From: Podarcis cretensis
Lineage: Eukaryota
NCBI GenBank assembly: GCA_951804945.1
Contig: OX638159.1
Coordinates: forward strand, 16,368,001-16,432,000
Length of the DNA stretch: 64,000 nucleotides
Direction: 5' to 3'
Shown here: piece by piece, positions 1-10,780 of the stretch
How the letters are laid out: each line of letters begins with the position of its first letter
Numbering within the stretch: the stretch's first letter is position 1
Notes under the pieces: generated by a model
The model's input: the letters and a program-made list of their open reading frames with translations, nothing else
Databases searched by the model: none
What the model was told of the DNA's origin: nothing
Program-made: the position numbers and the translations under genes

Positions 1-1876
1 AAATAATTGGGTATACATCCCCTATGGCAGATAGTTCCTTACATTAGATAAGGTCTTATAGCATTCATAAAGACTTTGAAATGCTTCCTTCCTAGGCTGG
101 CCAAATTTCAAATTCATTTCTGTATTCTACACTGTATGCACACACACTACAATTAGATATTACATTGCTCTCAAAAACTGTGAAAAGTTTTATGGCTTGG
201 AAATTTAAGATTAGTATCTTTAAATAAGATAAATAAATAAAGCCCTTTGAATGGGTCTGGGCAGACAAGAAAATGCTATGTTTACACTTATGCAGTCCTT
301 ACATCTCAGAAAGCAAAATGCTCTGAGACATATGTATGCTTGCATTGCGTTTATTAGACAGACTTACGTTCCCCAAAGACCTTAGAAAGACCACCAGACT
401 AATTTTGTTTTACACCTCCTAGTGTATTCAGATTACAGTCCCCCTTCAAGTGGAACAAGACTGTTTCAGCCAGTCTCCCAAGAGAGATTTAAAAATGAAC
501 TCCAATGTCTTGGAATGTCTGAACAAACCACCATAGAGAATTGAAGAATTTAAAAGTGACCATCAGACATGGAATAAAATGGACCATTTTCATCCCTGGG
601 GTAGATTTGTACTAGGTATGAACTTGGCCCAGTATCTTTATATTCAGCATACTTCAGCAAAGGGAAACAATTCTTTTGGCTCATAAAGCCCATCTCATAT
701 TGTTTTACTGACTGTTGGAAGCAAGATATTTGATGCAACCCACCAATGGTCATGCAGATGTTTAGAGAGACAGCTTAATCATTCTGAAAGTTACCACAAC
801 AAGTTTATATCACTCCACATTTGCTATGGTATTAAGGCAGACCAGACAGAACACAGGCTGGTTTACATAAACTGTAGGTCTTGAGCCCGTGACATTTTTC
901 AAAATGCCAAACCATGTTCCTGTCTCTTTACCACTGTTGTTGAGTTGAGTTGTATACTGTGACTGGCTGTATGTCTAAATTTAAACTATTTCAGCTGTAA
1001 GATCATCTTTCTGAATAAAGGAATGTAATTTATTGGTTTCCTGGATGCGCACAGCTCATTGTGACTGCAGAGGCCTTTAAAAGATAAAGCAGGTGTCTGC
1101 TGGCAAGTTTTCCAGGTCCGTGAACATTCTAGCTATAAGTCATCAATGAATCAGGGCTGCTACTCATATGAATTTTCCCCAACACCAATATCATTTCAGT
1201 GTAAGGGAGGAAATACATGCTTAGTATCACTTGAATTGAGAGATACAGCATGAATTTCATTTTCCCATTAAGTACATAAGTCAGAAAGGTGCTACACTCA
1301 TTCATAATACTTAAACTTAACATTTATATCACACTTTGAAGGTTCAACGAACTTCACACACCTAATCTTGTAAATTTTACAGAACAACAAACCTGTAATG
1401 ATATTATTACAGTGGTACCTCGGTTCCCAAATGCTGAAAACCCAGAAAACGACATCTGATGTGGCTGTCGGCTATTGTTTCCAGGGCGCCTGCACCAATC
1501 AGAAGCTGTGCCTTGGTTTTCGAACATTTTGGAAGTCAAACGGACTTCTGGAATGGATTAAGTTTGGAGCTTTTGTTTTTGCTTTTTGTGACTATGTGGA
1601 ACCCAGTTCAGCTACTGATTGATTGATTGATTGTGCAACTGTGGAAATGGATAAAAGCCCTCCATCCAAACAAAGACTATCATCAGTGCAGGTAAGAAAA
1701 GAAAATAATTTTAATTTTTATCATCTACAATACTGTCTTATTTATTTTATAGTACAGTACATTGATTATTGCTTTCATTTTTTGGATCAATGGTCTCATT
1801 AGATAGTAAAATTCATGTTAAATTGCTGTTTTAGGGGTTGTTTTTAAAAGTCTGAAACGGATTAATCCGTTTTGCA

Positions 1877-4309
1877 TTACTTTCTACTTTCCAGCAGATC
1901 TTTATATCTAATCCAAACATTATACAATGCTTTCCTTACAATATGGTTTTTAAAACTTTTATACACCTTTACCTTGTCATACCATAAGTATGCATGCCAA
2001 CCAAAGTTATTGTCGTACCCTTCCAGGTCCAAAATGCCAGTGTTCTCAAGAAGTAGCCAGTGTTTCAACCAGCAGAAAGCTGCCGATTCATAATAAAGTC
2101 TTAAGTCCGGCAGGGCAAACCCCCCTCTATCCTTTGCATCAGTTAAGATCTTGAATTTAATTCTGGGCTTTTTGCCCTGCCAGACAAATTTTGATATATC
2201 TTTCTGCCACTTCTTGAAACAGTCCATCTTGTCCAAAATCTGCAACGTCTGGAATAAAAACAGCATTCTAGGCAATACATTCATCTTAATAGTAGCAATT
2301 CGGCCTAACAAGGAAAGTTTCAACCTTGACCATGTTTCCAGATCCTTCTTTACCTCTGCCCAACTTTTTTCATAATTATCCTTAAATAGGTTCACATTCT
2401 TGGTTGTTAAGTTTAACCCCAGGTATTTTACCCTTTTTGTTATTTCCAGGCCTGTTTCATTCTGAAAACTCTCTCTTTCTTCCATTGTTAAATTTTTTTC
2501 CAACACTTTCGTTTTTTGTTTGTTCAATTTAAAACCTGCTACTCGACCAAATATTTCAATTAGTTCTAATACTCTTTTAGTACTAGTGTCTGGCTGTTGC
2601 AAGGTCAATACTAGATCATCTGCAAATGCTCTTAACTTGTAATGTCTAACTCCGACCTGAACTCCTTTAACCAACTGGTCCTTTCTAATCATGTTTAACA
2701 AAACCTCCAGGACTGATATAAAAAGCAAAGGGGATATTGGGCATCCCTGCCGTGTACCTTTTTCTATGGGTATTTCTTCTGTTACCACATTGTTTACAAT
2801 TAACTTGGCCTTTTGTTGGGAATATATTGCACCTATACCGTTTTCAAAACCTTGACCTACCCCCATCCCTTGGAGATTCTTTTTCATAAAAGTCCAACAG
2901 ATATTGTCAAAGGCTTTCTCCGCGTCTACAAAAATCAGAACTGCTTTCCTGTTAATGTCAACATCTAACAACTCCAAAATGTCTATAATGTTCCTCACAT
3001 TGTCTGACATATATCTCCCTGGGAGAAAGCCTGTTTGGTCCTTATGAATCTCGTCTGTCAACACTCTTTTCAATCTTTTTGCCAAAATGTCTGCAAAAAT
3101 TTTGTAATCCACATTGAGTAAAGATATAGGGCGGTAGTTTCTAACCTGGTTCTTCTCAGTTTCTGTCTTCGGTATAAGTGAGATGAAAGCCTCTTTCCAC
3201 GATTCAGGTGCCTTTTTCCCCTTCAGAATTTCATTGCAAACTTCCTTCAATGGTTGTATCAAGCATTCTTTCAGCATTTTGTAGTATTTAGCCGTCAGGC
3301 CGTCTGGTCCTGGTGATTTTCCCAATTTCATATTTTGGATGGCACCCTCTATTTCTTGTTCTGTTATTTCCTCATTTAGAGTCCTTTTACTTTGTTCTGG
3401 AATTTTTGGTAAGCCGTATTTTCTGATGAATTCTTCTATTTCTTGTTCATTAATTGGCCCTTGTGCATACAATTTCTTAAAAAAGCTTTGAAAGCAATTG
3501 TTTATCTCATTAGGTTTGTGGATAATTTTTCCATCCATTTCTAGACTGGTTACAGTGTTCATTTTCTGCCTTTTTTTCAATTGCCATGACAGAAGTTTCC
3601 CACATTTGTCCGCTGATTCGAAAGTTCTTTGTCTCATTTGCTTTATCTTCCATATTTCTACTTTTTTTGTTCTTGACGCCAGACTGCTAGAAATCCAAAT
3701 TTGATCTATTCTTGTCCATGTCATTTTTGCCTCGGAGAAGAAAGTTCCCTCTCTCTCTAGAGGATTCCTTGTTCTCCAAATATCAATCAAGTCCATAGTT
3801 TCAGTCATTTCAAAAAAGATCTTTGGTAGTCTCCCTTCTTTTGAGATCACTTGTCTCTGTGCTTTATCCATGTTTGTTGAGACAACTCCATTCATATCCC
3901 CCATCATTACGATTTTATAGTCTATGAAATCAACTAGTGTCTCATGCAACTTCTTAAAGAATTCGGCCTTCCCCTCATTTGGGGCATATACTCCAACAAT
4001 CAAAATTTTTTCTCCTTGAATTTGTATTTCAATTGCCAGGTATCTTCCTTGTTCATCTTTAAATATCAATTTTGGAGCCAATTTTTCCTTTGCATAGATC
4101 ACCACACCTCTTTTCTTCACTTTGTCTGATGAGATAAATTCTTGACCAAGTCTCTTATTTGTCAATAATTTCCTGTGTATCCTGGCAATATGGGTTTCTT
4201 GCAAACATATTATGTCTAATTGTTCTCTCTTCAAAATGTGAAAAACTTGTCGTCTTTTCCGAGGAAGGTTCAAGCCATTACAGTTCCAACTAAGAAGTTG
4301 CAGAGACAT
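1877..4309 (-). CDS. L1 ORF2p (APE endonuclease + reverse transcriptase), internally deleted and C-terminally truncated, ~810 aa
   Basis: EN motifs SWNCNGLN, LQETH, YAPN, GDMN, RIDQIW; RT motifs KSPGPDG, YRPISLLN, DAEKAFD, GTRQGCPISP, AFADD, YLG. True ATG is at 4309, 7 nt after the ORF1 stop. The stop codon falls inside the TSD. Confidence 0.9.
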   Translation of the reverse strand: MSLQLLSWNCNGLNLPRKRRQVFHILKREQLDIICLQETHIARIHRKLLTNKRLGQEFISSDKVKKRGVVIYAKEKLAPKLIFKDEQGRYLAIEIQIQGEKILIVGVYAPNEGKAEFFKKLHETLVDFIDYKIVMMGDMNGVVSTNMDKAQRQVISKEGRLPKIFFEMTETMDLIDIWRTRNPLEREGTFFSEAKMTWTRIDQIWISSSLASRTKKVEIWKIKQMRQRTFESADKCGKLLSWQLKKRQKMNTVTSLEMDGKIIHKPNEINNCFQSFFKKLYAQGPINEQEIEEFIRKYGLPKIPEQSKRTLNEEITEQEIEGAIQNMKLGKSPGPDGLTAKYYKMLKECLIQPLKEVCNEILKGKKAPESWKEAFISLIPKTETEKNQVRNYRPISLLNVDYKIFADILAKRLKRVLTDEIHKDQTGFLPGRYMSDNVRNIIDILELLDVDINRKAVLIFVDAEKAFDNICWTFMKKNLQGMGVGQGFENGIGAIYSQQKAKLIVNNVVTEEIPIEKGTRQGCPISPLLFISVLEVLLNMIRKDQLVKGVQVGVRHYKLRAFADDLVLTLQQPDTSTKRVLELIEIFGRVAGFKLNKQKTKVLEKNLTMEERESFQNETGLEITKRVKYLGLNLTTKNVNLFKDNYEKSWAEVKKDLETWSRLKLSLLGRIATIKMNVLPRMLFLFQTLQILDKMDCFKKWQKDISKFVWQGKKPRIKFKILTDAKDRGGFALPDLRLYYESAAFCWLKHWLLLENTGILDLEGYDNNFGWHAYLWYDKVKVYKSFKNHIVRKALYNVWIRYKDLLESRK

Positions 4310-6230
4310 TTTGTGTTTAAGTAGCTGTTCCTCCAACTGCTCCAAGCTTCTGTTCTTCCTCCGATGGTGGTGGTAAAAGTCCAAATGATAGATTTGCTAT
4401 ATCAGGTGGTTCTTTCTCCTCTGCAGTTCCTTTCTGCAAATCCTCCAGGTATCTCTCCAGAAATTGTTCTTTGTCCTGAATTGTTTTTATTTTGATCTTT
4501 CTTCCTTTAAAGTTAAAGGATAGTCCTTGTGGGAACTCCCATCTGAATGGTATGGTATTTTTCTTCAACAGGTCTGCTAGGCTTTTATAGTAGGTTCTCA
4601 CCTCTAAAATATATTTGGGAATGTCCTTAAAAATCTGTATTTGACAGTTTTGGATCACCAGTGCCTTTTGATAATGCAAGTTCAGTATTTTATCTCTTTC
4701 TTCTTTTGATCTCAGTGTAATTAGACAATCCCTTGGTTTCTTGTCCTGTCTCCTGCCCAGCCGGAAGGCTGTTGTTATCTCAAATTCATCATCTTCCGCC
4801 CATTCCTCTTGCCAAAAAACTGCAAAGTTCTCTGTAAGGAATTCCACAAGGTTTTCCCCTTCCCCTTCAGGAACCAGTCTAAGTTTTAAATTCTTCTCTT
4901 TCCTCTGAAGTTCCAATAAGGAGAGGGCTGCATCATGCTCATTCACTTTTTTAATAATAGGCCCAAACTTTTCCCTTGTCTCCTCAGCCGTAGTTTTTGC
5001 ACTTTCTGCAATCTTTCGTGTTTCAGAGCTCTCCTGGATTAATCTATTTATAGAATCTGTGTTAGACTTTACACTGGCTGTATTAACATCTAGTCTTGTT
5101 GTCATTTCTGTTAATTTTTTGGAGTTCTCTGTCGATAGCTTTGTCAATGCTTCCAGAGATTGATTTATTTTAAGGAGTGCCTGTGTCATAGGATCCATAG
5201 AAGCTGCTGTTTTTTCCTGTGCAGCTGGTGCAGTTCCTGATATGGAGCCCCTTTTCTTGTGGGATTGTTTTGCTTTAAGCCTTGTTACTATCTCTTCTGT
5301 AGGGCCACTCATATCCTCAAGGTCGTTTTCACAGAGTTAGTTTCCAAGTGGAAAATCCCACTGTTACTTCTCCTAATGCAACAGTTTTACTTAAGACCCT
5401 CTAGAGGGAGCATTCAATTGTATCCAAATGGCAGGGAAAAAACAAAGAAGCAGGAAAGTATAACAGTAGCCATTAATTTCCAATGTCCAAACCACAAAGT
5501 CTCTGTCTTCTATGTAGCCAAAATGCAACAGGGTAAATCTAAGGTCCAGTAACTTTGTTACTAACAAGCCCCCACTTTAAAGAGTTTGACAGTTCATATC
5601 CCGGTGTCTTATTTGGGCAGCCCGTCCTGGGGGGGTTCGACAGTGGAAGATCTTATTTTCCCATTAATTTTCCGGCAGGTTAACAATGTCCCAATCCCTT
5701 CCCCCCTTCTCCTGCCTGTCGGGGGGAAGATTTAGTCCGATGTCAGTTTGACAGCTTAAAAAAAAGAAAAGTTCCCTTCAAATGCAGCTTGATTTTTCGT
5801 TGCTTTGTTTCTCCTGCAGCTCCGGGGAGGCAGACTTCCTTAATTTATGCCTTCCCCGTTTTCAGCCAAATTTCTTTTTAGTGTCCCGTCAATTTCCAAT
5901 CTTACTCACGGGTGTTGTAGTCAATTTCCAGTTACAGGAAGGAATCGGCGCTCTCCGTTCATGGCGACGCGGCTTCACTCCGCTAGCTGGGTGACGACTC
6001 TCAGCACCGCGCTTACCCCGATGCCGCTCAGAAGCCTTTAAAAAGGCTCCTTCACAGTGCCGGGGGGCGCAAAAGGTGCCCACCGAATCTCCTTTGTTCA
6101 CAGGCTCCGCGCCTGTGATTTTAGGGGTCCCCCGCTTGCCGTAGCGGGTAAGACCCGAACTAGCGAAGCAGTCCTGCCTCGGAGCTCGAGGCTCGGACCG
6201 CCATTAAACGCTGGCGCCGACCGGAAGTCC
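1887..6230 (-). mobile_element. L1-clade LINE, 5'-complete and 3'-truncated, with no poly(A) tail
   Basis: GC-rich 5' UTR of ~900 bp starting GACTTCCGG, then ORF1 and ORF2 (EN+RT). Direct repeat TCCGTTTTGCATTACTTTCTA at 1866-1886 and 6228-6248 (TSD 18-21 bp, depending on assignment of TCC). Confidence 0.93.
4317..5312 (-). CDS. L1 ORF1p (coiled coil + RRM + CTD), intact 331 aa
   Basis: Heptad-rich N-terminal half, then NLKLRLVPE, AFRLG, PRDCLI, IFKDIP and FRWEFP motifs typical of vertebrate L1 ORF1. Lies directly upstream of ORF2. Confidence 0.88.
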   Translation of the reverse strand: MSGPTEEIVTRLKAKQSHKKRGSISGTAPAAQEKTAASMDPMTQALLKINQSLEALTKLSTENSKKLTEMTTRLDVNTASVKSNTDSINRLIQESSETRKIAESAKTTAEETREKFGPIIKKVNEHDAALSLLELQRKEKNLKLRLVPEGEGENLVEFLTENFAVFWQEEWAEDDEFEITTAFRLGRRQDKKPRDCLITLRSKEERDKILNLHYQKALVIQNCQIQIFKDIPKYILEVRTYYKSLADLLKKNTIPFRWEFPQGLSFNFKGRKIKIKTIQDKEQFLERYLEDLQKGTAEEKEPPDIANLSFGLLPPPSEEEQKLGAVGGTAT

Positions 6231-6709
6231 GTTTTGCATTACTTTCTATGGGAAAGTGTGCCTTGGTTTTGGAATGCTTTGGTTTTGGAACGGAATTCCG
6301 GGATGGATTAAGTTTGAGAACCAAGGTACCACTGTATGTTCATATTGCATATGGGGGCCTAAGGTTGAGAGGGATTATTCTGCCTACAATACAGTATTAG
6401 CGGCTACAATACAGTATGCCAACTCTCATTACAATTATGTACATGCAGAGAAATTATCATGGCACCTTTACAAGCAATAGTTTACTCAACACCCCACCCC
6501 TTCAGAATCATGTTAACAAATGTCAAATGTGGAGCTGTTCTACATGTTGTCTAGGTATCTTATCTACATACGGATACCTATTTTTGCAATGCGTTTAAGA
6601 AACGGAGCATTCTCTCTTTTTAACTATCTTAATATCTTTGATATCTTAATATCTTTGAAATCAACAGGATTATCAGCGCAGTCCTGTGCATGTGTACTCA
6701 GAGCTCAGC

Positions 6710-6918
6710 CATACCTTCCAACACGATGCAGCCCAAATCTGAGACACCATCTTCTGGGTACGAATTTCACATGACCCACACAATATCAAAGACCTGAAAA
6801 AGCAATCTCGGACTGAAATCGCACAAGAGCAAGGGGCCCAAAATGGCCGTTGTACTTTCATGGGCGGGGGGGGGGGGGGACAGTTGTCCCGGTTTTTCTG
6901 GGGCAGTAGACGGGTATG
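6710..6918. mobile_element. hAT-type MITE
   Basis: Ends CATACCTTCCAAC / GTAGACGGGTATG; 8-bp TSD AGCTCAGC (6702-6709) / AGCTCAAC (6919-6926). Related ends at 34196-34567. Confidence 0.7.
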
Positions 6919-8484
6919 AGCTCAACCCCAGTGAATTCAATGTAACTTACTCCCAAGTTAGTATGTACAGTCCCAAGTTAGTATGTACAGAATTGCAGCC
7001 TTCTGTCAATTTATATGAATCTATCATTGGACATTCAGTAGTTTCAGAACATTTCTAATGAGGACAATTAGCAACGTTCAAGTTGAAAGCATGTCCACCC
7101 CTCTCAGCTGCGCAAAACTGCTTTTTGGAGCATTGTTGTGGTTGACCATGTCCACCTGCAAATTGGCCAAGCTGGACTAGGTGTTTTTGCCTCTACTGCA
7201 GTGAATTGGGGGGGGGGGTGTCAGTGTGTGGGTGCATTTAAATAAGTTAATTTGATGGTGTGGTGAATTAGATCACATTCTTAGCAGGGAAGTGTAGGAA
7301 AGGTTAAGGTCAACTAAGGGAGCAGATAAGCATCCTTCGGCGCCTTTGAAGGTGAAGGACGTTCTTGGAGGTCAGCTCTTCCTGGGTTGTGAGTCCCTTA
7401 GCCTGGATATGGAATATGCTTGAGGTTCACCTGCTGCACCTCCCTGGAGTTGTGGGGGCGCACAAGAGGGTGGGGCAGGAAGGCCTCCCGGTGTGTGGAC
7501 ATTGGGGCTATGCTTTGTCATGCTGCTTGGAAGGTGTAGGGGTTCAGCTTGTCCAAAGCTGAGGTTTAGGATATCTTCCCATACTTCTCATTTCACCTGC
7601 ATACAGTATATTATTTTTAAAAAATACGGCCCTATTTCAACCTATCACTTGTGTTGTCCCACCTCTTTGTTCTAGCCTGGTTGCAACCATACATACCAGG
7701 TTGCCTTTCTATCTACCTGTCAGGATTCTGATACGGATCTGGCCTGTGGAGTCAAAAAGCCAAGAAACGTTATCTACCCAAGTATCATGACTAATGTACA
7801 AAAAAGCCTGCATCATTGCTAGGAACAAATAATATTATTGTACAGGACAAGTAAGTCACGTTGTTTCTTGCCTAATACTGACCGACTTCACAGACTCAGA
7901 GAATTGTAGAGTTTGAAGGGACACTATAGGTCATCTAGTTTAAGTCTCTGCAATACAGGAATCACATTTAAAAGCTCTCAGATGACAAGTTGAAGAGATC
8001 TGTCAAGAATAGTTACTTGAAATTACAGAAATATGAGCAAAATTGCAGTGGAAAGCTATTATTTAGTACGTGTGCTAAAAAAACCTCCATGAATAAAACA
8101 CTGCTTTATCTCATTACTTCATCTTGTAACATTTAAAACATTAAAAAACATATGGAAGCAGCACGGCTGTTAATCTGCTGAAAACAGGCTGCCTTCAAAT
8201 TAATGACTATCCTCAGGTTACAGACTGTTGGGCAGGGGGTTAATCAGCATATGTACCATAGTGACTCATTGCTGTTCCAAGGTAAGAGACAGAGGAGGCA
8301 GATGAGACAAAACCTAACTTCTATTAAGATAAGGGTAGCAAATTACAAGTCAAGCTTAAAGGAGGTCAAGAAGGAGCACACTGTAAATGCAACTTTGTCA
8401 CTGGGCGGGGTGGGGGAGAAGCACCACTTAAAGTAACTTCTACAAATTATATCACTATAATGATTTTTAAAACCTCATGGGAAA

Positions 8485-8993
8485 GATTTCAGAATGCGGC
8501 AGCCAAACTGGTGGCTGGGAGTGGCTGCCGAGACACTATTACACCGGTTGTTAAAGACCTACATTGGCTCCCAGTACATTTCCGAGCACAATTCAAAGTG
8601 TTGGCGCTGATCTTTAAAGCCCTAAATGGCCTTGGCCCAGTATACCTGTAGGGGCATCTCCACCCCCATCGTTCTGCCCGGACAATGAGGTCCAGCTCCG
8701 AGGGCCTTCTTGCAGTTCCCTCACTGCAAGAAATGAGGCTACAGGGAACCAGGCAGAGGGCCTTCTCAGTGGTGGCGCCCATCCTGTGGAACGCCCTCCC
8801 GTCAGATATCAAGGAAATAAACATCTATCTGACTTTTAGAAGACACCTGAAGGCAGCCCTGTTTAGGGAAGTTTTTAATGTTTGATATTTTATTCTATTT
8901 TTAGTGTTCTGTTAGGAGCCACCCAGAGTGGTTGGGGAAATCCAGCCAGATGGGTGGGGTATAAATAATAAAATTCTTATTCTTATTCTTATT
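8485..8993 (+). mobile_element. L2/CR1-group LINE 3' fragment
   Basis: ORF2 C-terminal peptide QNAAAKLV...LHWLPVHFRAQFKVL...RAFSVVAPILWNALP followed by a TTATTC-type tail. Confidence 0.85.
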
Positions 8994-10047
8994 CAGACCT
9001 AAATGAAAACAAAAAAGAAGTCCATATTATACTTTGGCTTCAGAATTTCTTCACAGGCAAATTTTCAGAATAGGCCTTGGATTTAAATGCTCCTTCTTCT
9101 GCTTCTCCCTCCTCCCAATAAACACCACATTTTGACAGCCACTGATATGATGTCCTTATTCTTTTCCCCCTGAATTGAAAGAAGGTCGACTAGCTTGGGC
9201 CCTACACCCAATCTGTTCCCCAGGAAGAATTTGTGAACTAACGTGTTCAATCTAATTGAATTATATTTTTGCCTCAACTGGGAAGGGATAGTTCAGATCA
9301 AATATTAATTTGGGCTGCCTTCCGGGCATCTATTTTCAATGAACAAAACATGGTGCTATAAGAACAAATACTCTGAATTATCACAGCCTATAAATTAACC
9401 CATTATGCTTTTCCAAAATACCCATGAGAACATGCCTCTCAAAAATGAACAATGTGGAACTGCTAATGCTGATGACTAAAAAAAAAACCCACGTAGATAC
9501 ATTTATATGATTGCAGGTGGTGCACAGATCTCATAGCACTTTTCTATAGCAGAAGATATTGTTAGAATATTGTTAGAATCCTGAGAATCACAGGGCTGAG
9601 ATTGTGCACTGGCAAGGCCTTGAAGGAGCTCTTTGATCTAGCCAGGATTTCACAGAAACAGTGGAGTGCCTTCACATGCAGAGTGGGTGCAATGCTGCTG
9701 CAGTTTGTGTACCAATATCATGTAAATTGTAGTGGCTTTATGTGAGCCCTCCATCGCCTGTCCAACCACCCCAACCAGCATCTCCATGTGGACCCAATCC
9801 TACTGCCTGCCCCCAGTGCTCCCATGGGCAGTTGTATGGGGTCAAGAAATGTGAGGAAACAGACTAAAATTGGCAGTGGAAGCCAGTTTCTAGGTATCAT
9901 GATTATGACAATGTTTCCTAAAGAAACCATAAGCCGCCTTAAGGAAAACTGTCAATGTTCCTTATTAACTTTAGCTGCTTTGATACCTCATTGTATTCAC
10001 TGAAAAAATTCAAAAACCTGACATGTTTTTCAGATGTGAGCAAAATA

Positions 10048-10291
10048 CAGTTGTACCTTGACTTTCAAATGCCTTGGGTGTCGAACGTTTTGGCTTCCAG
10101 ACAATCAAAAACTGGAAGTGATTGTTCTGGTTTTCGAACATTATTTGGAACCTGAACGTCCAATGTGACTTCCACGGCTTCTGATTGGCTGCAGGAGCTT
10201 CCTGCAGCCAATCGGAAGCAGCGCCTTGGCTTCCAAATGGCTTCGAACAGACTTCCGGAACCGATTCCATTTGACTTCCAAGGTACCACTG
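10048..10291. mobile_element. pogo/Tigger-like MITE (short subtype)
   Basis: CAGTTGTACC...GGTACCACTG with TA flanks; related to 55924-56113 in the opposite orientation. Confidence 0.85.
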
Positions 10292-10423
10292 TAATGCTGA
10301 AGTACGCAAAATACTATTTTTTAAAAATAGGAGCCTAAAAAGAGATTTGAGCATTTCCCACAACTGGTTTCATTTCCCCAATGCAGTTCCTAAGTTCTTA
10401 ATAAAGTGGCCCTAATTAAAGTC

Positions 10424-10780
10424 AGGACACGGGTGGTGCTGTGGGTTAAACCACAGAGCCTAGGACTTGCCGGTCAGAATGTCGGAGGTTTGAATCCCCA
10501 CGACGGGGTGAGCTCCTGTTGCTCGGTCCCTGCTCCTGCCCACCTAGCAGTTTGAAAGCATGTCATAGTGCAAGTAGATAAATAGATACTGCTTCAGTGG
10601 GAATGTAAACGGCATTTCCGTGCGCTGCTCTGGTGTGCCAGAAGCGGCTTGGTCATGCTGGCCACATGACCTGGAAGCTGTACGCCGGCTCCCTCGGCCA
10701 ATAAAGCAAGATGAGCACCGCAACCCCAGAGTTGGCCACGACTGGACCTAATGGTCAGGGGTCCCTTTACCGTTACTTTA
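10424..10780 (+). mobile_element. Sauria SINE
   Basis: GGACACGGGTGGTGCTGTGGGTTAAACC tRNA-like head, CATGCTGGCCACATGACC core and CCTTTAC tail. Confidence 0.9.

Larger units (their letters stand above)
1410..6334. mobile_element. Tc1/mariner (pogo/Tigger-like) MITE interrupted by an L1 insertion
   Basis: TIRs CAGTGGTACC (1410) and GGTACCACTG (6334) are flanked by TA. The internal sequence matches the uninterrupted copies at 25261-26100 and 42252-42886 and is split at 1886/6228 by the L1. Confidence 0.9.

Noticed and set aside
4310-4384. 25-aa N-terminal extension of ORF2 overlapping ORF1 (track start 4384)
   Set aside because: The track start is TTG. EN homology starts at the ATG at 4309, 7 nt after the ORF1 stop.
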